Below, in pieces: positions 1 to 13,145 of a stretch of DNA of 64,000 nucleotides. The translations under genes were made by a program, and so were the position numbers. The stretch is from Squalus acanthias (lineage: Eukaryota), in NCBI GenBank assembly GCA_030390025.1, contig CM059431.1:112470001-112534000 (forward strand). Reading direction: 5' to 3'. Below the pieces are notes generated by a model that did not search any database, was not told the DNA's origin, and saw only the letters and a program-made list of their open reading frames with translations. Position 1 is the first letter of the stretch, and each line of letters begins with the position of its first letter.

Positions 1-29
1 CAATGGTATTGGCACAATGGTCCAAATGA

Positions 30-455
30 AAGAAAGAAAGACTTGCGTTTATATAGCACCTTTCACGACCACCGGACGTCTCAAAGCGCTTTACAGCCAA
101 TGAAGTACTTTTTTGAAGTGTAGTCACTGTTGTAATGTGGAAAACACGGCAGGCAATTTGCGCACAGCAAGCTCTCACAAACGGCAATGTGATAATAACC
201 AGATAATCTGTTTCTGTGATGTTGATTGAGGGATAAATATTGGCCAGGACACTGGGGATAACCTCTGCTCTTCTTCAAAATAGTGCCATGGGATCTTTTA
301 CATCCACCTGAGAAACAGGGCCTTGACAGCACTACCTCAGCACCGCACTGGAGTGTCAGCCTAGATTTATGTGCACAAGTCCCTTGGAGTGGGACTTGAA
401 CCCACAACCTTCTGACTCAGAAGCGAGTGTGCTGCCCACTGAGCCACAGCTGACA
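30..455 (-). mobile_element. tRNA-derived SINE (Deu-domain/SacSINE1-like)
   Basis: Minus strand begins TGTCAGCTGTGGCTCAGTGGG (A box) ... GGTTCAAGTCCC (B box); tail GCTATATAAACGCAAGTC(TTTC)n; homologous to 25661-26126 and 54125-54587. Confidence 0.85.
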
Positions 456-1064
456 TAGTTTCCTTCTGTGCTGTAATTTCTATGATTTTACAGATAGTAT
501 CAAAGGAAAACAGTCAACAGAATTTGCATTTAAAGGGTCGTGACATACACTTACACCCAGACATACCGCTATTTTTGTTTTTCCTAATTATTTTTTGTGA
601 ATAAGCATAATTACAGGGCTCCACAACACTGTCCTGCATCCATCCATCCGTTTTAATGAAAGGGATGCACCAGGATAACTTTGATTCCCTTATAGTGTGT
701 CTGCATCACATCATTGAGAACAATAGGGACCATTTTCATCTCCAATGTAAATTGGGCGGGAGGAGGGCAGAGCATGCTCTTGAAAGAATCAGCATGGGGC
801 CAGTTCCATTTTCATGGTTTAGCTTAATTTGAATTAAATCAGTGCAAACTTTATCGGCAGCTCGCTACTTAAAGGCATCCTGCAGCATCTTAAAGGGGAA
901 GTACTTTTTTCAGTAGTGGATACGGACAGCCATATTGTGCAGCAGCAGGCAAGGTGACTTCGATCAGGGTCCCCCTGGTTCTCTGACGCAGTGGTGGAGT
1001 GGCTCATTAACTACGTGAACAGCAGGAGGCGGGATTGACTGATGCCACACACCCTGACGTTTGT

Positions 1065-1188
1065 CATCAGTCTCTTATGTGGCATCTTATCAAAGGCCTT
1101 CTGAAAGTCCATGCATACCACATCCACTACATTGCCTCTACTCTTTCTATTACTTCTTCAAAGAATTCAATAAGATTGGTTAAACATA
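1065..1188 (-). mobile_element. CR1 RT fragment
   Basis: CLTNLIEFFEEV motif in ORF 1127..1315, followed by DFQKAFDK-like sequence. Confidence 0.75.
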
Positions 1189-1649
1189 ACGGCCTGGAGC
1201 TTCCTCCTTGGTCGCAACCCGGAAGTTGCACTCGAAATGGAAGTAAAATCCAGGAGAGATGTAAAACGGGCTGCCAGCTCACTATCACCCATTTTACACT
1301 ATCGCACAAAGTCAAGATCTACCCCAACCACACTGCTTTTCCTAATTGGTAGATATAATTACATTTGAATTTTAGTTACATGATCAGACCCTTCTGACTG
1401 TCCAACTAATTCTTCGCGGGTGGGTGTCTGCTGGTGCTTTGACAAGTAAGATGCCAGGATAGAGTTGGTGAGGACATGACAACAGCAGTGGATCTGGAAG
1501 TGCCCAGGCTGTTATTTGAGTGGCTGGCTTCTTTCTCCAAGACACCCCTATGATGTGAAAGACCGAAAAGTGACATTTGCCCTTGAAGAAATAACGAGTG
1601 AGAATAAGGGCATTGTAATACTTTGAGAAAGCATATAAAGCTGAATCTA

Positions 1650-1836
1650 CATACGACGAGCCTTGCTCAGCCTTTATCGACCTTCTCCTGTCCGCTCACT
1701 TCCATCCTCACTCTCTCCTATGTGCTGTCCTGTATATCTGCCTATTAAATCTAATCCTTCCTCTTCTTGTGGACTCGGGGCTTTCAGTGATGGTGGTTGT
1801 CCACCGATTGTCCTTCTGTTGCACCAGCAGTTTTTC
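1650..1836 (-). pseudogene. Harbinger Myb/SANT-like accessory gene, exon-2 remnant
   Basis: Minus-strand acceptor CTCTCCCTCCAAAG, then EKLL... and, after a frameshift, TIGGQPPSLKAPSPQEEEGLDLIG, resembling the segment that follows the SANT domain in Harbinger Myb proteins. Confidence 0.5.
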
Positions 1837-2499
1837 CTTTGGAGGGAGAGAAGCTAATGTTACAGGGCAGTGAGTGTAATGGAGACTTCCCCCATATGGT
1901 CATGCATGCCCTGATGATGAGACATGAAGGTGCTTTGTCTCTTTAAATGAAATTAAGTTTCTTCCAGGCTTGGGCAGGGCTAAGCAAGCTCTGTGCTGGA
2001 GAGCAGGTGAGAGTAATTAATTAATTAACTGGTCTAATCTGGTTCTGTAACTGCCAGAGAGCTCACTTATTTAAATCTCAGCAGTATAAATAAGGGAGGC
2101 TAGAGTGTAGTTTGTCACAGAGTGCAGCTCAGAACAGAGTGTAAAGCTGTGAGTTTGGTGAGGGAGGTGTTCCTTTCTTTTTCTATCTTTGTCAGCTTCC
2201 AGGAGAGCAGGAGCTAAAAAGCTGCACAAGAGGTGACAGAGAACCAGCGGGAGTTCAGCTCTGTGACACCCCCCAACTGCATCTGGAGAAAAATAAAAGG
2301 TGACATCACAGGGAAAAGGGTAAGTGATTGGTTGGTGAGTATTTTGCTCACTTCCCTTATCTTTTAAAGCCCAGGAATTTTTTTAGTAATTGTAAGGTTT
2401 CATTAGTACTAGTTTACTAGCAGTAATAAATCTTATTAGGTGGATTAGGGTTTGTTAATTATTAATTAATAAAAATAAATTAATTAAGACTCAATAAAG

Positions 2500-5132
2500 A
2501 TGGCAGGGCAGGTGATGTGTTGTGACTGCAGTATGTGGGAGCTCCTGGATGCCAGTGTGATCCAGGACGAATATGTCTGCGGTATGTGTCTGCGGCTTGA
2601 GGAGTTTCGGCTCAGAGTTGATGAGCTGGAGGCCGAGCTGTGGACTCTGCGATGCATCAGGGAGGGGGAAAGTTACCTGGACACTTTATTCCAGGAGGCA
2701 GTCACACCCCTTAGGATAGGGTCTTCTGATTTGGACAGTGGTCAGGGACAGGAGGATGTGACTGCGAGTGAGGCAGGTATTGTAGAATTCGCATATTATC
2801 GCGATTTAAAAAATAATGAGAAAGAGACATACAGTTTTGTAAACACAGCTTTATTTCAGCAAAATGCTGTCAGGTTTCAAAACGGACACAAGCAGCCTGT
2901 AAAATGGCCGCCACGCCTCGTGGCAGAAGGTTCTAGACTTTCAGCAGGCAGACAAGATGGCGTTTCAATAAACATTTCAGCAAGATCGGACAGGACTCAG
3001 CATATTGAGATAAGACAAGACGAGATCGTTTTGCATTTTTAACACCCAAGCCAGGAATATAAGTGCTGGAATCGGGTTTTTCCATGCACAAATGAGAGCT
3101 ATTGTACTGGGCAATCAAGGGGCCCATCCAAAAGACATTGATACGCAAATTCCCCACGGCTCTACGATGAGAGAGCCGTTCGCGGGTACTCACAGCAAGA
3201 ATTCGGAGGCCCCCAAAACCCCTCCAGGGAGACTCCTGGCCAGTTCCACAAGGGGAGAAATATTAACGGGTACTCAGACAGTTACAAGTATCACCGAAAC
3301 CCATTAACGACAAGTACCACCCCATACAAGAAGTTTGAGCGCCAAAACATGACAAAAGATGGACATTAAGATTGGGCGGGAGATAAGGAATTACAGTACT
3401 ATATCTGTAGTGTCCAAACGTCCATCTTTCTCTTATTCCTTTGACTCGCTAGAGAACTCTTGACTCTTATTCTCTGATCCGCTGATTTTCCGGGAGTCAA
3501 CCTCGTGGCTTGCCGCGAAGATCTGTGGAGAGCTGGTCTGCGAAGGCCGGTAAGCGGGCGCACCATCCCGAGAAGTCGGTAAACGGTGTTGGAACCGAAG
3601 GCCCGAGAGGAGATGAGATGAGATGAGAAGAGAAGAAGACGACTACACGTGCTGCCGCGGTCAGTAAACCCCGACCGTGCCCGAAAATCGATTAACCACT
3701 TCTTCGAATTCTTCGAATTCTATCGGCTACTCCACAACTGGCCCTGGAAGACTTTTCTTCGAGTTCTACCGACAACTGGTGTCGGTCCAGAAAGACTCGT
3801 CTTTGAATTTTACCGGCTAACTGGTGTCGAGCACAGGAAGACTCTTCTTTGAGTTTTATCAGAGTTCCGAGGTCAACACAGATCTTCTTGACAGCAGACG
3901 GTCCAGCCTGCTAGCCGGAGCAAAGCGAGTAAACAAGTGGGGTACAGAGACCCCTGATCAACACGTGGATAGTCAGGTGCTGTGGTGAAAACATCCGAGC
4001 AGAGTTTCGGAATTCTCCGAGTTATCACGAGTGGTGAGCATGAGTCTCGATCCTACAGATCTAGATTAGGACAGGTATTGATAGGGGAGGGTTTATGTTT
4101 TAAGGATAATTATAATGTGTGTCCCCTTTTACGATGTGTCGTGCGCTCCTCGTTTCCCTAAACCTAGTTGCATAAATGTATGTAAGTTTGTACTGTCATT
4201 AATCTGTGCTTATGACATGTATTTCGTAATCTTGAATAATATGCAATAAAGATTTTCCATTTTGCACTATTCAACCGGGTCTACCTGAGTTTTCTCTGCA
4301 TTATTGCTCTCGCACCTAAGTCCAGTGTCAGAACCGTAAGGGCGAGTGGGTCGAACCACTCACAGGTGTCTAGTGTTACCAGGCTGGCTGGAGACCAGAA
4401 CAGGCAACAATGCCTAACCCCGCACTAGCACCCAGGCTAAGCACAGAGCCACGCAAACCCCTTACAGTATGGGGACCCAGGAGGTGGAGGAGCCTCAGCC
4501 TTTGCAATTGTCCAACAGGTTTGAAGTTCTTGCGGCCTGTATGGATGAAAGCGGTGGCTGCAGGGTGGATGTGCAAACTGACCATGGCACCGAGGTACAG
4601 GAAGCCATTCAAGTGGGGGAGTTAATAGGAATGTAGTGGTAATTGGGGACAGCATAGTCAGGGGGATAGATACAGTTCTCTGCGGCCAAGAGCGAGAGTC
4701 CAGACGGCTGTGTTGCCTGCCAGGGTTCGGGACATCTGCTCTGGGCTGGAGAGGAACTTGTAGTGGGAGGGGGAGGAGTCAGTGGTCGTGGTCCACATAG
4801 GTACCAACGACATAGGTAGAACTAGAAAAGAGGTTCTGCTGAGAGAGTATGAGCAACTAGGAGCTAAATTAAAAAGTAGAAGCTCAAGGGTAATAATGTC
4901 TGCATTATTACCTGAGCCATGAGCAAATTGGCATAGGGTAAATAAAATTAGAGAGATGAATGCGTGGCTCAAAGACTGGTGTGGGAGAAATGGGTTTCAA
5001 TTCCTGGGGCACTGGCACCAGTACTGGGGAAAGTGGGATCTGTATCGTTGGGACGGTCTTCACCTGAACCATGCTGGGACCAGTGTTCTGGCGAGTCATA
5101 TAACTAGGGCGGTAGAGAGGGCTTTAAATTAA
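2500..5132 (+). pseudogene. CR1 ORF1 (zinc finger/coiled coil + SGNH esterase-like), split by LTR insertion
   Basis: MAGQVMCCDCSMWE...CGMCLRL; resumes at 4471 and encodes GDSIVRG, VVHIGTND and DGLHLN motifs. Confidence 0.85.
2781..4466 (+). mobile_element. Solo LTR, 1686 bp (ERV/Gypsy-type)
   Basis: TGTA...TACA termini; 4-bp TSD GTAT (2777-2780, 4467-4470); removal restores ORF1 colinearity with the paralogue at ~47400; AATAAA at 4245 gives tentative orientation. Confidence 0.8.
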
Positions 5133-5143
5133 ATATTGGGGGC

Positions 5144-8110
5144 ATGGGATCAAATTTGGGAAGATGTGGTAATTCAAAGATTAGAGACAAGGCAATAGAG
5201 AAAGGTATTAATCTGGGAAATGATAAACAGACCGTGACAGGAAGGGACAGAGAGTACAAATCTAAGAGTAAATCAACAGATAAGGCTAGAGGTTACAAAA
5301 ATAATAAAAGGACAAAACTAAAGGCTCTGCATCTGAATGCATGTAGCATTCGAAACAAAACAGATGAACTGATAGCGCAAATAGAAATAAATAATTCTGA
5401 TCTGATAGCCATTACAGAAACATGTCTGCAGGATGACATGGATTGGGACCTGAATATTGAAGGGTACATGACATTTAGGAAGGACAAAAAGGTGGAGGGG
5501 TGGCTCTGTTAATTAATGATGGTATTAGCACAGTAGAGAGGGATGACCTAAGTTCAGGAAACCAGGATGTAGAAGCGGTTTGGGTAGAAATGAGAAATAA
5601 TAAAGGCAAGAAATCACTTGTGGGAGTGGTGTACAGGCCCCCTAACAGTAACCACATGGTAGGATGGAGTATAAAGGAAGAAATAATGGGAGCTTGTCAG
5701 AAGGGTATGGCAATAATCATGGGGGATTTTAATCTGCATATAGACTGGAAAAATCAGATGGGCAAAGGTTGCATAGATGAGGAGTTCATGGAATGTTTTC
5801 GGGATAGTTTCTTACAACAGCACGTTCTGGAGCCAACCAGAGAGCAGACTATACTAGACCTGGTATTGTGCAACGAGATAGGATTAATTAATGACCTCAC
5901 AGTGAAGGTGCCCCTAGGTAGCAGCGATCATAATATGATTGAATTTTACATTCAGTTTGAGAGAGAGAAGAGTGGGTCCAAGACTAGTATTTTAAACTTA
6001 AATAAGGGCAATTATGAGGGCATGAAAGCAGAGCTAGCTAAAGTGAACTGGCAAATTAGGTTAAGGGATAGGTCAATAGAATTGCAGTGGCAGACATTTA
6101 AGGGGATATTTCAAAATACACAGAATATATACATTCCAACAAGAAAGAAAAATTCCAAGGGGAGGACCCACCATCCGTGGTTAACTAAAAAAGTTAAAGA
6201 TAGTATTAAACTTAAAGAAAAAGCATATAATTGCACAAAGATGGGTGGCAGGTCAGAAGATTGGACAGAATATAAAAAACAGCAAAGAATGACTAAAAGA
6301 TTAATAAGGAGAGAAAAATTAGAGTACGAGAGAAAGCTAGCTAGAGATATAAAAACAGATAGTAAGAGTTTCTATCGATATTTTAAAAAGAAAAGAGTTA
6401 ACAAAGTGAGTGTTGGTCCTATAAAGTGAGTCTGGGGAATTAATAATGGAAAATAAGGAGATGGCAGTTGAATTAAACAGATATTTTGCATTGGTCTTCA
6501 CTATAGAGGATATAAGTAACATCCCTGAAATAGCTGTAAACCAGGAAATGGCAGGGAGGGAGAAACTCAAGAAAATTATAATCACAAGGGAAGTGGTATT
6601 GAGCAAATTTTTGGAGCTGCAGGCTGCCAAGTCCCCTGGTCCTGATGGACTTCACTCTAGGGTCTTAAAAGAAGTGGCTAGTGAGATAGTTGATGCGTTG
6701 GTTTTAATTTTCCAAAATTCCCTAGATTCGGGGAAGGTTCCATTAGATTGGAAAATAGCAAATGTAACTCCTTTATTCAAAAAGGGAGGGAGACAGAAAG
6801 CAGGAAATGGCAGGCCAGTTAGCTTAACATCTGTCATAGGGAAGATGTTAGAAGCTATTATTAAAGACGTTATAGCAGGGCATTTAGAAAAGTTCAAAGT
6901 AATCAGGCTGAGTCAACATGGTTTTGTGCAAGGGAAATCATGTTTAACCAATTTATTGGAGTTCTTTGAGGAAGTAACATGTGCTGTGGATAAAGGGGAA
7001 CCAGTGGATGTAATGTACTTAGATTTCCAGAAGGCACTTGATAAGGTGCCACATCAAAGGTTATTGCAGAAAATAAAAGCTCATGGTGTAGGGGGTAACA
7101 TATTGGCATGGATAGAAGATTGGCTAGCTAACAGGAAACAGAGAGTAGGTATAAATGGGTCATTTTCTGATTGGCAAGATGTAACGAGTGGTGTGCCACA
7201 GGGATCAGTGCTGGGGCTTCAACTTTTTACAATTTATATAAATGACTTGGATGAAGGGACCGAAGGTATGGTTGCTAAATTTGCTGATGAGACAAAGATA
7301 GGTAGGAAAGTAAATTGTGAAGAGGACATAAGGAGGCTACAAAGGGATATAGATAAGTTAAGTGAGTGGGCAAAGATCTGGCAAATGGAGTATAATGTGG
7401 GAAAATGTGAAGTTGTCCATTTTGGCAGGAAGAATAAAAAAGAAGCATATTATCTAAATGGTGAGATTGCAGAGCTCTGAGATGCAGAGGGATCTGGGTG
7501 TCCTAGTGCATGAATCACAAAAGGTTACTATACAGGTACAGCAAGTAATTAGGAAAGCTAATAGAATGTTATTGTTTATTGTGAGGGGAATTGAATACAA
7601 AAGTAGGGAGGTTATGCTTCAGTTATACAGGGCATTGGTGAGACCACATCTGGAGCACTGTGTACAGTATTGGTCTCCTTATTTAAGGAAGGATGTAAAT
7701 GCGCTGGAAGCAGTTCAGAGAAGGTTTACTAGACTAATACCTCGAATGGGCGGGTTGTCTTATGAGGAAAGGTTGGACAGGCTAGGCTTGTATCCGCTGG
7801 AGTTTAGAAGAATAAGAGGTGACTTGATTGAAACATATAAGATCCTGAGGGTCTGGACAGGGTGGATGTGGAGAGGATGTTTCCTCTTGTGGGAGAATCT
7901 AGAACTAGGGGTCACTGTTTAAAAATAAGGGGTCGCCCATTTAAGACAGATGAGGAGAAATTTTTTCTCAGAGGGTCGTGAGTCTTTGGAACTCTCTTCC
8001 TCAGAGGGCGGTGGAAGCAGAGTCTTTGAATATTTTTAAGGCAGAGGTAGATAGATTCTTGGTAAGCAAGGGGGTGAAAAGTTATCGGGGGTAGGCGGGA
8101 ATGTGGAGTA
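5144..8110 (+). pseudogene. CR1 ORF2 (AP endonuclease + reverse transcriptase), frameshifted
   Basis: ORFs 5144, 5500, 6446, 7458: LNACSIRNK, GVVYRPP, MGDFN, SDHN, QHGF, GVPQGSVLG, FADE (normally FADD). Confidence 0.92.
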
Positions 8111-8404
8111 ATCAGATCAGCCATGATCTTATTGAATGGCGGAGCAGGCTCGAAGGGTCGAGTGGCCTACTCCTGCTCCTAATTCGTATGTTCGTATGTC
8201 CCTGAAGATAAGCAAAGGCCCTTGCGGCAGGCAAAGTGAGTTGAGAGAGTGGTTTTGAGTAAAGAAGACGCTTGAATTTTTGGAGAGGTTGCCCTTTGCA
8301 GAAGTGGATTTTCTTGACACCCAGGTTCTGAGAAAGAGTATGATTGATAAGCGAATCTGTATGAGTAGTAGAGAAGGTGCATTGGCATCAGTGCCTTGAC
8401 TTAC

Positions 8405-8629
8405 CTTGGCCAACCTTTTTAGGTCATTGGACCTCTTTCTGCATTGTATGGCAGCTCCTGGAGGTTGTACTGACTGCCTCTGCCACCTGTCTCTAGACAA
8501 CCTGCAGCACTCTTGAGGGGGCTTCCTGCCCTCAGTGCCCATCATAAGGTCACTCCTGGCCCTCACTTCTGCCAACAGCGCCTCCATTGACGCACTAGAA
8601 CATCTGAAAGCTCTTCCAACTTCTGACAC
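8405..8629 (-). pseudogene. Harbinger Myb/SANT-like accessory gene, exon-1 remnant
   Basis: SMEALLAEVRAR...QCRKRSNDLKRLAK followed by donor GTAAGT at 8404-8399. Confidence 0.7.
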
Positions 8630-8795
8630 CCCCCAAGGTGGCTGCTGTTCCTTCTGTCACCTTGCCCTTTTACTGTCTGCAACCTTTTAAGGCTGCACCA
8701 CTACAAAATTTCCATCCCTCCCAGAAGTATAGTTTTAGTGCTGCTAAACCACCTGTATCACTAATGAAGGGCCTGGGAGGAAAAAACAGTGGGTT

Positions 8796-9308
8796 ACATA
8801 GGAACAGGAGTAGGCCATCCAGCATTTCGAGCCTGTTCCGTCATTCAATTAGATCATGGCTGACCTGTAGCTTAACTCCATCCACCCGCCTTGGTTCTGT
8901 AACCCTTAATACCCTATGACGTAAGAAAACTACTAGGCACTTGGTCTAAGCGTTAAACAAAGCTTTAATCAACTATTTTCCAACATGGAGGTCTAGTTGT
9001 GTCCTTCACTAGTTCCTGTTGAGGACTGTCCTGAGCAAGCTGGGCCCATGCCTGAGTATTTATACTCTCCCTGGACAGCGCCACCAGCAGGCCGCCCAGT
9101 ATTGCTTCATACAAGATTCATGTCACCCTAGCCTAACAAAAATCCAGCAATCTCAGTTTTGAAATTTCCATTTGAACTAGCCTCAACAGCTTTTTGGGGA
9201 GAGAGTTCCAGATTTCCACTACCCTTTGTGTAAAGAAGTGCTTTTTGACATCGCCCTGAATGATATAGCCGTCATTTTAAGGTTATGCCCCCTTGTTCTG
9301 GACTCTGG
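8796..9308 (-). mobile_element. CR1 3' fragment hosting a mini solo LTR
   Basis: CR1 3' UTR hairpin/tail (ACATAGGAACAGGAGTAGGCC on +) and ORF2 C-terminal similarity. Confidence 0.75.
8917..9125 (-). mobile_element. 209-bp solo LTR
   Basis: TGAC...GTCA termini; 5-bp TSD CCCTA (8912-8916, 9126-9130); minus-strand TATAAATA (9064-9057) followed by ATTAAA (8969-8964). Confidence 0.8.
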
Positions 9309-10789
9309 AAGTTTCTGGGCAGTAGGCTCCCAGTGTTACAAGAAAAACAGGAGATTGAAATAAGCCCTTTTTGATTGATTCCCACTAAAATGACGAGCAG
9401 AGCATAATTATGAAATGGTGTGGTTCTGCTGCTTATGTTATGTTTTACACGTGTTTAATAAGGCTAAGTATATGTTTACACATCTCATTAACTCAGTGTA
9501 CATCAAAGGGCAGGCACCACACCATGACTAATGTTCAGTTTTCTGTAACTCCCTATCAAAGAATTTGTCGTTGTTACTTAAATCTGCTTAAGTTCACTTA
9601 ACCACAGGGACACTGATGTTAAAAGGCAGATCTGGATGATTCATTTTGATATTACACATTTGTGTTGTTCACCATGTCAACATCCTACTTTCCGTTAATA
9701 AATCATGACAGAGACCAAGCCAATCAGCAGTGGATATTCATTTCCCAAACCTCAGAAGGTGCTTATAACATGCAGTGCATGTACCTGGAATGCACGCTCT
9801 CACCCGACTTCATGTGTTTCCATGGAAACTCTTGCTGGATTCCAACACTCCAGAAATTGCTCCTTTCTTCAGATTTCACTTATTCCTCGTAATTTTTTGA
9901 ATCACATTGTAACAATTTAAAGATACGTTATGGCACTAAGGAGGCACTTACCTCTTTGCTCAGGGTTTGTTCTCCTGATTTCTCTTCCTGTGGCGGAATT
10001 GTTTGGCCAAAACCTCACATTTTTAACGTGCAGGGGGGGAATCAAGAGGCACTCCGCACATGGAGGAAAGCGCTTGCTTGCGCTGTTGTAAATTATAACA
10101 CAAAGAGCTTCTGTTACGTGAGAAACAGATGGTTGTCACAGAGCTGTGAGCGTTTTTAATGCAACATCTGCATAACATCCTCCCGAACGCCAGCAAAAAC
10201 ATGAAACGGCTTTTTAGCACGTCATTCATTATACATAGTGGGATCTATTTCTAGGGAATTCGGGTACAGTTAACCTCTTTATAGCAAAGAATTATGGTTT
10301 TACTGTTTGCTTACTATAGAACTAAATGGAGTTAGGTAACTTGTGAAATTACGAAGTGGTTTATAATCAAAATTCTGAGCATCAAACTTTCCTTCACAAG
10401 TCAATAAGCATCTTACAGATCAATGGAAATTAAGAGCCTTGTTTTCTGGCCGTTAGCAATTTTGACACAGATTTAGTGCCAATCAGAAAATGGAACAATT
10501 GACATTGATGTTTATATGGACACTATTATTGTTGCAATATCCAGTGTGCATTTAGCTTGATGGTAAATGGATCTAATTAAATTAAGTAAGGCTTCATTTT
10601 ACATTATTACTTGGCCTTTATGCTTCCAGCTACTAAGCTGTACTACTGCTCTAGCCCAATGTCTATTGATTTAAGTTGAAAGTGGTTGATCCCCCTGTAA
10701 CTTTTATTCGTATCTGTTTTGTCTAAAACAAAAACAAAAAGAAAAGCTAAACTAATGGAGGTGAAGAGCCAGAACTAAGCTTCACATTG

Positions 10790-11150
10790 AAAAAAAGGTG
10801 CAATGAGCAGTTTTTCAATTATCTAGATGAGCCAAAGAAACAATGCCGTCAAAGATTCAGATTAGTGCAGCGGTAATGTTAGCAACTCATCTGGGGGGTT
10901 CTCAACGTTGCAAAAATCCTCTCCCATGACTATAACTTGACAGCAACCATCGAGTTCTTGGCCGAGGGTCTTTCCAGACACTGAGGGGTGATTTTGCTGG
11001 TATTAGCCAGGGCACCATATTCACCCATGTTCAAGAGGTGAATGATGCATTGTTTTGGAACACTGGCAGGACAAACACTTGGCTCCCAAGTGAACCTTAT
11101 GCCATCCATGGATTCTCCGCTGTGTGCAATGGACTTTATCCCAGGCCTGC
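10790..11150 (+). pseudogene. Decayed PIF/Harbinger (HARBI1-like) transposase fragment
   Basis: Manual translation TATIEFLA...GDFAGISQGTIFTHVQEVNDALF resembles the Harbinger transposase HTH region. Confidence 0.55.
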
Positions 11151-11329
11151 CAACTCACTCATTTGGAATGATATTCCTTTCAGTTCAAAAATTTATCCTA
11201 TTTTGACATATCTCGCTCCAAAATATAAATAGATAAAATAGCTCTGAGGCCAGTGTCACTCTTGCAGAACATAAATCTTGGTCCTGACATTTCTGTAACG
11301 TTGGCAGTCTTCGTACCCACGTGAGATAT

Positions 11330-12548
11330 GGGTGCTGTCTGATAATCCGGTGGTTGATGTTGTGTATATGGACTTTCAAAAGGCGTTTTATAAAGTACCA
11401 CATAATAGACTTGTTAGCAAAATTGAAGCCCATGGGATTAAAGGGGCAGTGGTTGCATCGATACAAAATTAGCTAGGGGACACAAAGCAGAGAGTAATGG
11501 TGAATGGTTGGTTGTTTTTCAGACTGGAGGGAAGTGTGCAGTGGTGTTCCTCAGTGGCCGGTATTAAGACCACTGCTCTTTTTGATATATATTAATGACC
11601 TGGACATGGGTATACAGGGCATAATTTCAAAGTTTGCAGATGATACAAAATTAGGAAATGTAGGAAACAATGAGGAGGACAGTAACAGACTTCAGGAGGA
11701 CAGACTGGTGAAATGGGCAGACACATGGCAGATGAAATTTAACACAGATGTGTGAAGTGATTCATTTTGGTAGAAAGAATGAGGAACGGCAATATAAACT
11801 AAGTGGTACAATTTTAAAGAGGGGGCAGGAAACAGAGACCTGGGTGTGTATGTCACAAGTCTTTGAAAGTGGCAGGACAAGTTGAGAAGGCTGTTAAAAA
11901 GGCATACGGGATACTTGGCTTTATAAAAAGAGGCACAGAGTACAAAAGCAAGGAAGTTATGCTAAACATTTATAAAATGCTGGTTAGGCCCCAGCTGGAG
12001 TCTTGTGTCCAATTGTGGGCACCACACTTTAGGAAGGATGTCAAGGCCTTGGGGAGGGTGCAGAGGAGATTTACTGGAATGGTACCAGGGATAAAAGACT
12101 TCAGTTATGTGGAGAGACTAGAGAAACTTGGATTGTTCTCCTTAGAGCAGAGAAGATTAAGGGAAATTTGATAGAGGTGTTCAAAATCATGAACGGTTTT
12201 GATAGAGTAATTAAGGAGAAACTGTTTCTAGCGGCAGAAGGGTCGGTAACTAGAGGACACAGATTTAAGGTAATTGGCAAAAGAACCAGAGGCAACATGA
12301 GGGAAAAAAAAATTACTCAGCGAGTTATGATCTGGAATGCACTGCCTGAAAGGGTGGTGGAAGCAGATTCAATAATAACTTTCAAAAGGGAATTGGATAA
12401 ATACTTGAAGCGATACCATTTTCAGGGTGATGGGGAAAGTGCAGGGGAGGGGAGTGGGACTAATTGGATAGCTCTTTCAGGGAGCCGGCACCAGCATGAT
12501 GGGTCAAATGGCCTCCTTCTGTGCTGTATCATTCTATGATTCTATGAT
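11330..12548 (+). mobile_element. 5'-truncated CR1 LINE
   Basis: RT motifs (DFQKAF, FADDTK), ORF2 C-terminus, (ATTCTATG)n tail. Confidence 0.9.
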
Positions 12549-12899
12549 AGCCTGTAATGGCTTCATTCACTTAATATGCAGGTGGTCTGCAATGTGCAGA
12601 AAATAATCCTCCAGATGAGTGCCAAGTATGTGGGCTCAGCATGGAATTTGCTCCAAACTGAACCATCTGTTTGCTCCTCATTGATTTTAGCAGAGCGGCT
12701 GACTGAAGGGCTGGCTTTTGCAAATCCAGTTATCTGACAAAACTCTAGTTGACAATACTGTAATTAACAACCGAATCTAATGAGCACCAATATAACCAAA
12801 CACACACAAATCTATTTGCTCAGTAGTACAATCTTTGGTTCTCTCAAGCAGAGATTTAGTTGTCTGCATCACCTCACGATAGATGAGTGTGGTAGCCTT

Positions 12900-13145
12900 G
12901 GAGCATGGGAAGCTGTGAAATTGAATTCAAGAAATCTGATAATATGTGCGTTACCACCAAAAAATAACCATGGAAGTTGCTAGATTGTTGTAAAAGCCCA
13001 GCTGGCTCACTAATGTCCTTCAGGGAAGGGAGTCTATCACCCTTACCTGATCTGGCTTACTCGTGACTCAAGTCCCACACTATGATTGATTCTTAATTAC
13101 CCTTAGGGTAGCTAGGGATGGACACTAAATGCTGCCTTACCAATA
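12900..13145 (+). mobile_element. Decayed SINE related to the 35718-40984 LINE
   Basis: Shares CACTAATGTCCTTCAGGGAAGG body and CTAGGGATGG...TAAATGCTG tail. Confidence 0.6.

Larger units (their letters stand above)
1922..8199 (+). mobile_element. Near full-length CR1 LINE, interrupted by a solo LTR
   Basis: ORF1 (Cys motif + esterase), ORF2 (APE + RT), (TTCGTATG)2 tail at 8183-8198; possible degenerate TSD CCCTGATGATGAG 1909-1921 / CCCTGAAGATAAG 8200-8212, so 5' end is uncertain. Confidence 0.9.

Noticed and set aside
2500..3042. 180-aa ORF as a novel gene
   Set aside because: CR1 ORF1 N-terminus reading through into the solo LTR
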